The notes below the pieces were generated by a model, which made no database searches, was not told where the DNA came from, and was given only the letters and a program-made list of their open reading frames with translations. A DNA stretch of 64,000 nucleotides from Octopus vulgaris (taxonomy: Eukaryota): NCBI GenBank assembly GCA_951406725.2, contig OX597827.1, forward strand, positions 4,402,001 through 4,466,000, written 5' to 3'. The stretch's first letter is position 1. Each line of letters begins with the position of its first letter. A program made the position numbers and the translations under genes. This document shows positions 51,531 through 64,000 of this stretch, in pieces.

Positions 51531-51944
51531 CAAATTGTGCATGCTTACATAGCGCAACAACTGAGTAGTGTTTGTTGCTCATATCAGAAGGAAACAATTA
51601 GTAGAAAATTATACCCAAAATGGTGAAATGGTAGACAGAACCTAGACAATAGTAATAACAAATTGGATAAAAGAGGAATGGGTGGGGCAAGTGAAGAAGG
51701 AGGAAGTGAAGAAGAATGAAGAAGAAGAAGAAGAAGAAGAAGAAGAAGAAGAAGAAGAAGAAGAAGAAGAAATATATATAAAGAATGTAGTAGGCTAATG
51801 ATAAGACCACTCCATTATTCTTCCTTACATGAGTGGAGGAGGTGAGTGTAACCTGTGCTTAGTGGAATTTCTTGAAATCATAAATAGTAAGGGTAGTCTT
51901 GTTAACAAAAATAAGGAAATTTTGATATAGTGCATGCACATATA

Positions 51945-52174
51945 CTCTCTTTACTTGTTTCAGTCATTGACTGCGACCATGCTGGAGCACCGCCTTTAGT
52001 CGAGCAAATCAACCCCGGGACTTATTCTTTGTAAGCCCAGTACTTATTCTAAAGGCATTGGTCGGCCCGAGGCTATAGCAGAAGACATTTGCCCAAGATG
52101 CCACGCAGTGGGACTGAACCCAGAACCATGTGGTTGGTAGGCAAGCTACTTACCACACAGCCACTCCTGCGCCT
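51945..52174 (-). mobile_element. Family-A SINE with internal deletion
   Basis: 3' module joined directly to the head at TACTTATTCT|AAAGGCATTGG (~52050). Confidence 0.88.
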
Positions 52175-53071
52175 ATAGATACTACAGACCTTTGCAAAAT
52201 TTTCATGAGCTTAATTTATTTTTTTATCAATCTTACATACTTTAACTCCCAACGCAGAGCTATTAACACCTATCCTGAAATCCTAACCCCACTCCCTAGT
52301 AAATCCACTGAGTAATCCATTGAGATATTGTTGGGAGCCTACCACTTCTATCATTAAATTCCTGATCCGCTTAGGTAGTAAACCCATTCTTTGGTCTATT
52401 TAATGGTTCAAGAACCAGCAGCTACTACCTCTAACCTAACAACCAAAGAGGAACATCAATCATATGCATCAGTATCTGTCCCCTGACTGATCCTTAATTT
52501 ATTCGAACCACACTGATTCCATTGTCAACAACCCACTGCACTAGATATTTTCACCACAAAACATAACTGTAGCCTCATCTAGCCCTACTCACTTTTTCAA
52601 ATGTTATCCGGATTTTTGTATATTTATGTTTTACTTCATGCTATTGTCTTCCTGCTATTTCGCTATCATGGTTTATTATGGCTTATTATGTTTTCCCATA
52701 TCCAACAAAACTGTTTACATTTTTGCATTTTATATCTCATATTATACTTTATATAGTCTATAGAACTGTTAATATTCCATGGAACTGTCAATAACTTTAG
52801 TTTTAACTTCAATATTTGCGCATATTTCAACTTTGGTGTCTGATCACTTGCTCCCAACATTGCCATATATTTTATTTTATTTTATCCTATTTTACCTTAT
52901 CATTTTATCATGTTCTACTCCACTATATATGAGAAATTCTTAATATTCTGAGGTTCATATATATGTGTATATATACATATATGTTTGTGTGTGTGTGTAC
53001 ATGTGTGTGTGTGTTTGTATATATACATGTATGTGTGCATAATATATATATATGTATATATTTATGTATAT

Positions 53072-53230
53072 ATATGAGGTCTGATCAATAAGTATCTGGA
53101 CTGCTATCAACAAACCTAAAGCACACAGAGTGAAGCCACTTGGTACAGGGTAACCTTGAACTTTATTGTGTATGTGCACTAAGCTTTAATGATCTAGCTC
53201 ACTTCTGCTATTTACAGTAATGCTTGGACA
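53072..53230 (+). mobile_element. mariner-like terminus/MITE fragment (its start is repeated at ~53361-53413)
   Basis: TA|TGAGGTCTGATCAATAAGTATCTGGAC resembles TA|CGAGG mariner TIRs after CpG decay. Confidence 0.6.
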
Positions 53231-53413
53231 GAGACAAGTAAAAGAGTACGTGTATATATATATGGCTGTGTGGTAAGTAGATTGCCTACCAACCACATGG
53301 TTCTGTGTGTATGTGTTCGTATATATACATGTATGTGTGCATAATATATATATGTATATATATGAGGTCTGATCAATAAGTATCTGGACTGCTGTCAACA
53401 AACCTAAAGCACA

Positions 53414-53580
53414 CCGATGCTGGTGTGTTTACGTCCCCGTCACTTAGCGGTTCGGCAAAAGAGACCGATAGAATAAGTACTGAGCTTACAAAGAATAAGT
53501 CCCGGGGTCGATTTGCTCGACTAAAGGCGGTGCTCCAGCATGGCCGCAGTCAAATGACTGAAACAAGTAAAAGAGAAAAA
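53414..53580 (+). mobile_element. Young family-A SINE, 3' half
   Basis: CCGATGCTGGTGTG...GAAACAAGTAAAAGAG. Confidence 0.9.
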
Positions 53581-53605
53581 GATATATATATATATATATA
53601 TATAT

Positions 53606-53938
53606 AGAAAACAGCACAGCTCCCATGACTTTCGGAAACATTTTTTCACGCTTAGAGTTGCTGAAGCATGGAACAAACTGCCTGCGTCAGTTGTTGACTG
53701 CCATGACACTGCATCCTTTAAGGCCCTCAAGCTTTCCGAAATCCGCTGAAACTACACCTGATTGTCCCCCTTCCATACTCATACACATATGTGTATGTCA
53801 TGACTCATGCACTGTTCTTTTCCTGACGCTTGTACATTACCCTATGTACTATACATACACTTTAGATGAGTTGTAGTGCACCTGAGCACCGTACACAATG
53901 TTTTATTATTATTATTATTATATTATTATTATTATTAT
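53606..53938 (+). mobile_element. CR1 LINE 3' end with (ATT)n tail
   Basis: RKHFFTLRVAEAWNKLPASVV..FK C-terminal motif, then a 3'UTR and TTA repeats. Confidence 0.85.
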
Positions 53939-54085
53939 TCTCCCGCAATCCTATGATACGCCTCTACTATATTATGAGACAATGCACTGTGAGGTGGCCG
54001 GTGTTATTTCAGGACATCCATCACCAAATTTCGAGCAGGGGCACAACAAAAACTTCCCATTATGGTCTGTGATTAAATTAATGAC

Positions 54086-54485
54086 TACTCTTTTACTCTT
54101 TTACTTGTTTCAGTCATTTGTCTGTGGCCAGGCTGGAGCATCGCATTTAGTTGAGCAAATCGACCCCAGGACTTATTCTTTGTAAGCCTAGCACTTATTC
54201 TATCGGTCTCTTGTGCCGGACTGCTAAGTTATGGGGATGTAAACACACCAGCATCGGTTGTCAAGTGATGTTGGGAGTACAAACACATACACACACATAC
54301 ATATATACATATACATATATATGACATGCTTTTTTCAGTTTCCATCTACCAAATCTACTCACATGGCTTTGGTCAGCCGAAGGCTATAGTAGAAGACACT
54401 TGCCCAAGGTGCCATACAGTGGGAATGAACCTGAAACCATGTGGTTGGTAAGCAATCTACTTACCACACAGCCACTCCTGTGCCT
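54086..54485 (-). mobile_element. Family-A SINE, full length
   Basis: Reverse-complement match to the family. Confidence 0.9.
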
Positions 54486-54547
54486 ATGGTTAATATTTAT
54501 AATGAATTTGTCATTTTTGATGAGTGTGCACTGCACACTTAGCACAT

Positions 54548-54578
<31 letters not shown>

Positions 54579-54599
54579 AATATACACATATATACGTAC

Positions 54600-54636
<37 letters not shown>

Positions 54637-55290
54637 AAATACATATATATACACAAGTATATATATATATAATATATGTAATATGTATATACACACACAC
54701 ACATATATATATACACACACATGTATATATATATCATATATGTAATATGTGTGTGTGTATATATATATATATGTATGTATGTATGTATGTATATTATTTA
54801 CATTTCATATTCAATTTATATCATATTCACTTTGTATTGCCTTACTCTGGTATTTTAATTTTTAATTTTTAACTTCATTATTCATGCATAATTCATAATA
54901 ACACCACATTTCAACATTGATTTCTCATTTTATTTTATACATTTTCACTTTATTTTGTTTTCTTCATTTTATTCTGACTTATTGTATTTCACTTTACTTC
55001 TTATGAGAACTTTTTAATAGGATTTAATAGTATTATTTTATACCTACTTTGAGATGCACATTCCTATCTATTCTACCCATTTCTTAAGTCTATATATATA
55101 TCTTTAATCTTGGGACGCCATGTCTTCTCATAGTGGATACCAACTGTGTATCATACTATGGATGATTTAATTCCCAGCCTTACTTAATTTCCATCTCTTC
55201 CAATTACTAGAGAAAAAACCAGTTTTTGAATGTACTAAGACACTTCCACCTTATCACATTATGGTTTAGTGAACCATATTTCTTCAAAGT

Positions 55291-55540
55291 TACTCTTTTA
55301 CTTGTTTCATTCATTTGACTGTGGCCATGCTGGAGCACCACCTTTCGTCGACCAAATCGAACCCAGGACTTATTCTTTGTAAACCTGGTACTTATTCTAT
55401 TGGTCTCTTTTGCCAAACTGCTAAGTTATGGGGATGTAAACTTACCAGCATCGGTTGTCAAGTGATGTTGGGGGGACAAACACAGACACAAACATATATA
55501 CACACACACACACATATATATATATATGTGTATATATATA

Positions 55541-55584
<44 letters not shown>

Positions 55585-55748
55585 CGACGGGCTTCTTTCA
55601 GTTTCCGTCTACCAAATCCACTCACAAGGCTTTGGTCAGCCCGAGGCTATAGTAGAAGACACTTGCCGAAGGTGCCATGTAGTGGGACTGAACCTGGAAC
55701 CATGTGGTTGGTAAGCAAGCTACTTACCAAACAGCCACTCCTGCACCT
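55291..55748 (-). mobile_element. Family-A SINE, full length
   Basis: Reverse-complement match to the family. Confidence 0.9.
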
Positions 55749-55919
55749 TTAATTTAAGCAGTTAACTTTACCTTCTCCCCATCTTTTCAACACAGTATCT
55801 TTAAATGTCTACCTCTGTAAATAACTAACTTACTATTTAGTATTTATCCGTTTCACCATTTAAATTTAATGTTTGTCTGATTTTCACCTTATTCTATCCT
55901 AATTTGACACTCTAATATC

Positions 55920-56144
55920 TAACCCTTTAGCATTCAGATTATTCAATCAAACATAATGCTTATTGATTCCCATTGATTCGAATTAATCATGCATTATCTC
56001 ATATCTTCAAGATCTTGATGGTGCAATTACTTAATGTAGAATAACATTGTAGGGTAGGTGTGAGAGCCTGGATCTGGTCAGTCTGAACATAAAACGGATT
56101 AAATATTTTGACCGGATATGGCCGGTTTAAATACTAAAGGGTTA
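55920..56144 (+). mobile_element. piggyBac-like MITE family 1
   Basis: TAACCCTTTAGCATT...AATACTAAAGGGTTAA. Confidence 0.82.
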
Positions 56145-56503
56145 AAACAGTAAATGTTACACAACATTATACTGGCTTTAAAAACAGAGTGGTACCAAAA
56201 CAATTATAATTGGTCATTAAAAATGTGTTAAACTCTTTCTTTGTCTTCTTATTTCGATTGTATTTTACTCTTTACTAGACCCACATATTAAGTTTACTGG
56301 TCTGCTACCTGGAGCTTCTACACCACCTGAATTTTGGTCTTCAGTTTAAGAGTGTGAATAGCCTCAAACTCAGATTGAGTGCTGCACTGAAAATACTCGC
56401 ATATTGTATTCTTTCAGAAATATGGTATTTGTACATCTATCTATTTATCTATCAATCAATCAATCTATCTATCTATCTATTTATCAATCTATCTATCTAT
56501 TTA

Positions 56504-56581
<78 letters not shown>

Positions 56582-56774
56582 ATGATATATATATGTATAT
56601 ATATATATATATGTATGTGTCTGTATGTATGTATGTATTTATGTACATATATCTGTCTATGACTGTCAGGTATTTTAACACCCAATGCTTTGAGAGGGTA
56701 TTCCTCATCATGCCACATCACAACCTACTGACAAGTATGCGTAGCATACATGTTAAGTATATGTGGTTGATAAT

Positions 56775-56823
<49 letters not shown>

Positions 56824-57189
56824 CATACAATTGAGAATTCAAATTCTGTATTTAGGAAAAAAAATTTTATGTGCCAAAGAAACAGTCAAAAGCAACAAAA
56901 AAATTGATAAAAGCCAAATTGATCTCTCTCTGTCATTGCATATGTATGTGTGTGTTTGTGTATGAGTGTCTGTGTGTGAATGTATGTATTTATATACATA
57001 CATATATATATATATTTATAAACATATAATATATATTTTTACATATATCTATATATATATATATATTAATCAGCCGAAATTACTACGATGATCCGGTTCT
57101 TGACTGAAGACTGAGGGTTTCGAATGTCCTGTCCGTGTTTATTGTGTCGTCTTTTAAGAGTTATACGTTCTTGTCCATGTTGTATTTTT

Positions 57190-57244
<55 letters not shown>

Positions 57245-57641
57245 TATATATGATACACACATACAGATGTATATGGTATATGATATAAAACAAAGGTGTA
57301 TTCTAGCGAGGGTGACACAAAATGATACAATAGATTAATATGAAACTTTCAAACAATTACATTAAAAATAGCTTTGCAAATGCACAGTAAATATCAATTC
57401 AACTAGAAATGGAGAAGAAAGCAGGGAGTAAATGTGGAGAACGAAGTCAAGTAAAGCACAACAGGGAGATATGTGATGTGAGAACAAAAGAGAGAGAAAG
57501 AGAGAGAAAGAGGCAGAGGCAGGGAGAGAAAGAAAGAAAGAGACAGAGAGAGAGTAAGCATTACACATATCATCATATATCATCATATGGTTAAAGGGAC
57601 TTAATTGTATTTTCTACTGTGTTCATGGGTATGCACAAATG

Positions 57642-57672
<31 letters not shown>

Positions 57673-57936
57673 CCACATACACATTCATTCATTCATTCAT
57701 TCATGCTCCTCAGCATTCAGGCATCTGTTCATTCATGTACAAACACATAGAATGGAACTGATTCAACAAACCTAGCAGCCATGAATTTTTATCTTCTATT
57801 CTAATATAGAATAACATTCATTCTTATAATTCTTCTCTATTAACTGCTGGAATCAGAAAACCAATTTTAGTGTATTTATTGCAGTCTGGAATGATAGGAG
57901 TCATTCAAAGTGCACTTCACCAAATCTCTTTCTCAT

Positions 57937-58006
<70 letters not shown>

Positions 58007-58108
58007 TTTTGGTGGAGTCAGGCCCTTAAGAGAAGAATGAATGGAGCGAGAGGCAGAGAAGTGAGATGAACTCTGCAAGCCCCAACATAGCGAACTCATG
58101 TCAGAGAT

Positions 58109-58508
<400 letters not shown>

Positions 58509-58904
58509 GTAAATTGATCTGTCTGTTGGTTTTCATAGTGAGCATTCAATCATTCAATCAACTACAATACTTGCTTGTTGAATTAACATATAAGCGGCAG
58601 AGTACTCCAAAGATATATTACCTTTAAAATGATTAATTCTGAAGCAGAATTAACATGATGCAATAATGTGAAAATGAACCTTTAAATTTCAGGAAGAATC
58701 TAACTAATGGACTTCCATACAGTTTTCATCTCTCCGATTTTACTGTCAAAGTTTGGGTTGTTCTGAGGCATTGGTAAAAAAAGCACTTGCCCAAGATGTC
58801 ACATGGTAGAATTGAACACAGAATCATGTGATTGCATAGGGAACTTTTAACCACTTGATCATGCTACATCTACAAAGAGTGTTTCTGAATAATGGCTTAA
58901 GATT

Positions 58905-59040
58905 TTTGTACGAGGCTAGCAATTTTAGAAGAGGAGATAAATCGATTACATCTACAGCAGTGTTCAACTGCAACCCTGAAAGGATGAAAGACAAAATTGA
59001 CCTCACCAAAATTTGAGCTCAGAACATAAAGATGGACATG
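58905..59040 (-). mobile_element. Degraded family-B SINE
   Basis: GAAAGGATGAAAGACAAAATTGACCTC..TTTGAGCTCAGAAC. Confidence 0.65.
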
Positions 59041-59189
59041 TGACTCTGAATAATGAGCACTGGTACAAAGCAGAGAATACTTTTTAGTCTTGTTGTAGAC
59101 TTTCTCTCAAATATCAGTACAAGTTGCAAGATGAAATACACCCAATGCACACTGCAGAATGGCTGCTAACAGAAAATGTACCCAGCCAT

Positions 59190-59505
59190 ATCATCATCAT
59201 CATCATCATCATCGTTTAACGTCCGTTTTCCGCGCTAGCATGGGTTGGATGGTTCGACCAGGGTCTGGGAAGCCAGGGGCAGCACCAGGCTCCAGTCTGA
59301 TCTGGCAGTGTTTCTACGGCTGGATGCCCTTCCTAACACCAACCACTCCGCGAGTGTAGTGGGTGCTTTTTACATGCCACCTGCACAGGTGCCAAGGGGA
59401 TGTCTGGCTTCGGCCATGATCGGTTGGTGCTTTTAACATGCCACCGGCACGGAAGCCAGCCAAGGCGGCGCACGCATCGGCCACGTTCGGATGGTGCTTT
59501 TTATG
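59190..59505 (-). mobile_element. Young family-C SINE with internal ~65-bp repeats
   Basis: (CAT)n tail, CTGGATGCCCTTCCTAA, GGTGCTTTT..CATGCCACC repeated 2-3 times; CpGs retained. Confidence 0.85.
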
Positions 59506-61002
59506 ACCATACTAAAAACATCTGTTGCTATGTGTGTACCAAATGATGAATAACAAGGGTGAGGAGTGAGACATTGAAACTCAATCAATCTATGCTGCTG
59601 TTAAAAAAAAAAAGGAACAGAAAATGATGATGATGATGATTACGATGAAATCAGGGAAAGAAAAAGAAATACACCAGAAATCACAGTTGTTATTATGTCT
59701 ATGTGTGTGTGTGTGTGTCTCATAAATCATTTACAAGTCCTTAATCTTCCTGCAATGAAACAAGAGATCAATCTTATATTGTCATGTTTTCATCTCATGG
59801 TGTTGATCCTATGTTTCTGACAATGTACCTACAATGTCAAACTTTCAAATCATTGCTAAGCGTGTATGTTTATATGTGTGTGATAAGTGTGTGCGTGTGT
59901 GTGATAAGTGTATGGGTGTGTGTATTTAAGTGTGTGCACATGCGTATGTATACACATTTATATAAAAATAAAGAGAGAGAGAATGAGAAAGAGAGAGAGA
60001 GAGAGAATCAGGTCACCAGACTTCCAGACAATAATGAATAAACTGATATAAAACTTATTGAGATTTTTTATGAATGCTAATAGGATAAGAAGATAGTGGA
60101 ATTAATATTGATGAACTGGTGGATTTAATTAGAACAATTTAGCAAAATACAAAATAGATATAAACCTTATAATGTCTACCATCATATACAACAAAAGCAA
60201 AAACAAAAAAATAGAATGATAATAATTTAAATAAAACTGATGACAATGATGACGGTGATGATGATGTTGATGGAGTGGTAGTGGTGGTGGTGGTGGTGGT
60301 GGTGACAATGACAATGTTAGGGTGGGTCTGGTGATAGTAGAGTGGCAGTGGTGGTGTGATGGTTCTTGTTAGCATACATATAGAAAAGAAAAACAAAAAG
60401 CGACACAAAAAATAATAATAAAAGCAAAAATAATCAAAAACTACATAATGTTGTATTAATCAAAACTCGATAAGTATAAATTCTAAAAACCGTATAAACT
60501 AATGGAAAAAACATAAAACTTAATTAAGAATATTGAACTCTGTAAATAAGTAATGACTAACACTTGGCAGAATTTGAGCAACTTGAAACTCTGAGGTTGA
60601 GCAGCTATGAGCAAGTACTGTTGTAGCAATACAGACTTTAAAGCCACTTTGTTCACCTACAAAATAGCTGCCAATAAAAATTATATTGTCATGAAATTTA
60701 TATGAGGATAAATAGGACTTCTCTCTCCCTACTCTTCATATAAGTTTCGAGTAAGGAAGGAATTTCAACCATGTTTCGTGGTCTGCTACCACAACAGCTC
60801 CTTTATAGGATCCGGTTAGCTCAAGATACCATCAGGAGGAACCACGTCCAGTTTCGGTCCCTACTTCTCTACCGTTTTGATGTGGCAAGGCACCACCCTT
60901 TCGGAGGTGTCTTCAGCTCTGGTGTTGGGTGCATGTCTTCTTTCTCCTTCTTTCTTCTATTCCCTGACCTCTTCGATGTAGCATCAATGAGTATCAGCGG
61001 GT

Positions 61003-61170
61003 GACTGACTGTCTTGTCAAATTTCCCTTTAAATACCTGCTGCTAGGCTCCAGCAGGCAGCCCCCAGCAAGTTGTCACGTGACACTGTCTAAACTTTAAC
61101 TGACCAACGGAGGGCACGTAATCTTAGCCCACGCATTCTCTAAACAAGACCGTCACCTATCAATCAGCGA
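61003..61170 (-). promoter_or_regulatory. Candidate TATA-Inr core promoter with palindromic E-box
   Basis: TATTTAAA (61035-61028) begins 29 nt upstream of the A of TCAGTC (61006); TGTCACGTGACA at 61073-61084. Confidence 0.45.
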
Positions 61171-61414
61171 AGCTACTTCAGTGTCAGCCTGTCTCACCTA
61201 GTGATGTTATTTTCCTGCCGGCATTAATCAAAGAAAGTTTATTGGAGAGGAAATGACTGACCCTCTGCCTTATTTAAATCATATGCATGGCTCTATCACT
61301 TCACACTATTTGTTTAGCTAAGGAAAACTATTTGGAAAAATCTTTGCCAAAAATAATTAAACTGTATTAGATGCTATCCTCTATTTGAAAAGCCCTTAAC
61401 AAAAGCATACGATT

Positions 61415-61826
61415 ATACTCTTTTACTCTTTTACTTGTTTCAGTCATTTGACTGCGGCCATGCTGGAGCACCGCCTTTAATTGAGCAACTCGACCCCGGG
61501 ACTTATTCTTTTGTAAGCCCAGTACTTATTCTATCGGTCTCTTTTGCCGAACCGCTAAGTGACGGGGACATAAACACACCAGCATCGGTTGTCAAGCAAT
61601 GCTAGGGGACAAACACAGACACACAAACACACACACGCACACACACATATATATATATATGCATATATACGACAGGCTTCTTTCAGTTTCCGTCTACCAA
61701 ATCCACTCACAAGGCTGTGGTCGGCCCGAGGCTATAGTAGAAGACACTTGCCCAAGGTGCCATGCAGTGGGACTGAACCCGGAACCATGCGTTTGGTAGA
61801 CAAGCTACTTACCACACAGCCACTCG
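61415..61826 (-). mobile_element. Young family-A SINE
   Basis: Reverse-complement match to the family. Confidence 0.9.
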
Positions 61827-62318
61827 CTATTGTTTTCAGATCTAATGACCAATAAAATGTTTTTGACTTAAAATGAAGTTAAGCTGGAAAAGTGACCACA
61901 TTATTTACTTAGATTTTCTCTGGAATATTTGCAATAAAGGGTAATTGCATTCTGAGGAAGGAGAATAGAAGCTGCCATAGAAAAGATTTAAATTTCTACC
62001 AAAAACATTAGGAGATATTTTAGAAATGAAGACATTTAAATGCAGTAATGTAATTAATATGATGTTCTGAAAACTATCAAATAAACATTGAATCCCAACT
62101 GATTTGCAAATCAAAAGTAGAACTTCTTGAATAATAATCTAGAATCATGCAAAAAAACAACAAAAAAAAAAACACGAGAAATTAACTAATATGAATAAAA
62201 TAATGCATTAAAATAAACTGAAAATTGTTTTAAAAAAAATTAGTGTTATAGAAGAGTTACAAAAGTGTAACTTATACACTCATACAATGGTTTATAAATA
62301 TTCATATATTACATATGT

Positions 62319-62370
<52 letters not shown>

Positions 62371-62529
62371 TGGATAAGATATTAGTTAACGTTTGTGTCT
62401 ATGATAATTATTTTTACCAAGTAGTGTAGACAGACATAGAAAGGTTTTGCTTTTACAGGTAATCAGCATGGCACAGCTGACAATCTTTTGTTGAGGAAGC
62501 TTTAGTTGGCTATCTATCAGGTGTAATTT

Positions 62530-62571
<42 letters not shown>

Positions 62572-62669
62572 TTATACAAATATACTACTTACACATATAT
62601 ACCTAGTAAAATGATTATGTGTTTAAGCTTATTAATATGTTGTTGTTCTTGTTGCTGTTGCAAGGTTGC

Positions 62670-62865
62670 AAGCTGGTAGAATCGTTAGCATGCCAGGTGA
62701 GATGTTTAGTGGCAGTTCATCCGTCTTCATGTACTGAGTTCAATTCCACTGAGGTCTACTTTGCTTTTCATTCTTTTAGAGGTCAATAAATTGAGTACTG
62801 GGTTTGATGTAATTGACCTACTCGCTTCCCCAAAATTGCTGGCCTTGTGCTAAAATTTAGAATGA
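62670..62865 (+). mobile_element. Older family-B SINE
   Basis: AGCTGGTAGAATCGTTAGC..GAGTTCAATTCC..TTTGCTTTTCATTCTTT. Confidence 0.75.
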
Positions 62866-63121
62866 ATATGTTGTTATTGTTGTTTAGACCTTGTTCAACC
62901 TTTATAGAGTTGACAGTCTATGATCAAAACACATTCCAACTATGGACATACTGACTTTTCTTTGGGTATAATATACCATAGAAAACATCCATGAATCCTT
63001 TTATAACAGAATGTGGTTTGAGGGTAAGTTAGTGATCATTCCATGGACATGACCAGGATTTCAACTGAAGACGTTTTCCATTATTTTTTATTGATCCACT
63101 TTTCATTATCTAATTCATTAT

Positions 63122-63348
63122 TTAACCTTTTAGCATTTAAAGAGGCCATATCCTGCCAAAATAATGTACCTGTTTTATGTTAAAACTAGCCAGATCCAGA
63201 CTCTCACACCTACCCTATAATGTCATTCTAAAAATAAACAATCACATCATTGAAATCTTGAAGCTACAAGATAGTACATGATTAATTAATAACAAGGTGA
63301 ACAAATAAGTATAACATTTGACCAAGTAATCTGAATGCTAAAGGGTTA
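63122..63348 (-). mobile_element. piggyBac-like MITE family 1
   Basis: TTAA|CCTTTTAGCATT...AATGCTAAAGGG|TTAA. Confidence 0.85.
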
Positions 63349-63589
63349 ATGTTAATTTATATGTCTATAATATATACCATATATACACATGTATAAGTCA
63401 TACTATTTTTATACTTGATTTTTATCTCAAAAAGCTGTGGTGTTGTTTATACCCAGGGCAAACCTAAAACTATGAAGGGAAAAATTTTGTACCAAGATTT
63501 AACATTAAATTAGGGGTCCAAATTATTCACAAGTGTGACTTATAGTTGAATGAATAAATAAATAAATAAATCCATCCATCTGTCCATCC

Positions 63590-63590
63590 G

Positions 63591-63668
<78 letters not shown>

Positions 63669-63669
63669 A

Positions 63670-63703
<34 letters not shown>
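63590..63703. repeat. (CTAT)n microsatellite
   Basis: Directly visible. Confidence 0.95.
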
Positions 63704-64000
63704 TTATACAGAGCCTGGTGGGTTTTATCTGGGCCTGCCAAACTCCACTTGACTACATATGTGTTTTTGTTATAGACAGACTGCAAAACCATGTAGAAAT
63801 TCATTTCATAGGCTGATTAGCTGACTCATTAATATGCTGTAATTGCAGATGTTTTCTCAGAAATTTGAAAGCTATCTCATTGGTTTATGTCCCAGAAAAA
63901 AAGTGATCTGAATGTTACAAGTGATTCTTGGAAGAATGAATGTACTGTCTCTTTCAAAACAAAGAATAATGTTCTTGTCAAAAGAAGCCCTTAAGACTTC

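Overview
AT-rich, microsatellite-dense eukaryotic DNA, most likely an Octopus (coleoid cephalopod) genome, judged from the protocadherin and the SINE families. The only clear host gene is one large minus-strand protocadherin exon (40403-37949): signal peptide, 6 cadherin repeats, TM helix and the start of the cytoplasmic tail, with splice sites at both ends. I could not find its other exons. The rest is mostly tRNA-derived SINEs, CR1/L2 and RTE LINE fragments, Tc1/mariner relics, piggyBac/hAT/pogo-type MITEs, Penelope-like termini in (TA)n tracts, a 48-bp minisatellite and simple repeats. Less obvious observations: (1) a tandemly duplicated, fast-diverging small secreted-peptide-like gene at 4.8-13.4 kb, one copy broken by a SINE and the other with ATG-TAG at codons 1-2; (2) hammerhead-ribozyme-like cores with palindromic stem III; (3) a fully degenerate Ca2+-binding EC3-EC4 linker in the protocadherin; (4) recurrent fold-back palindromes; (5) a TATA-Inr core promoter at 61 kb facing the protocadherin. 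Everything was read by eye, with no searches, so family names are tentative and most repeat boundaries are approximate.
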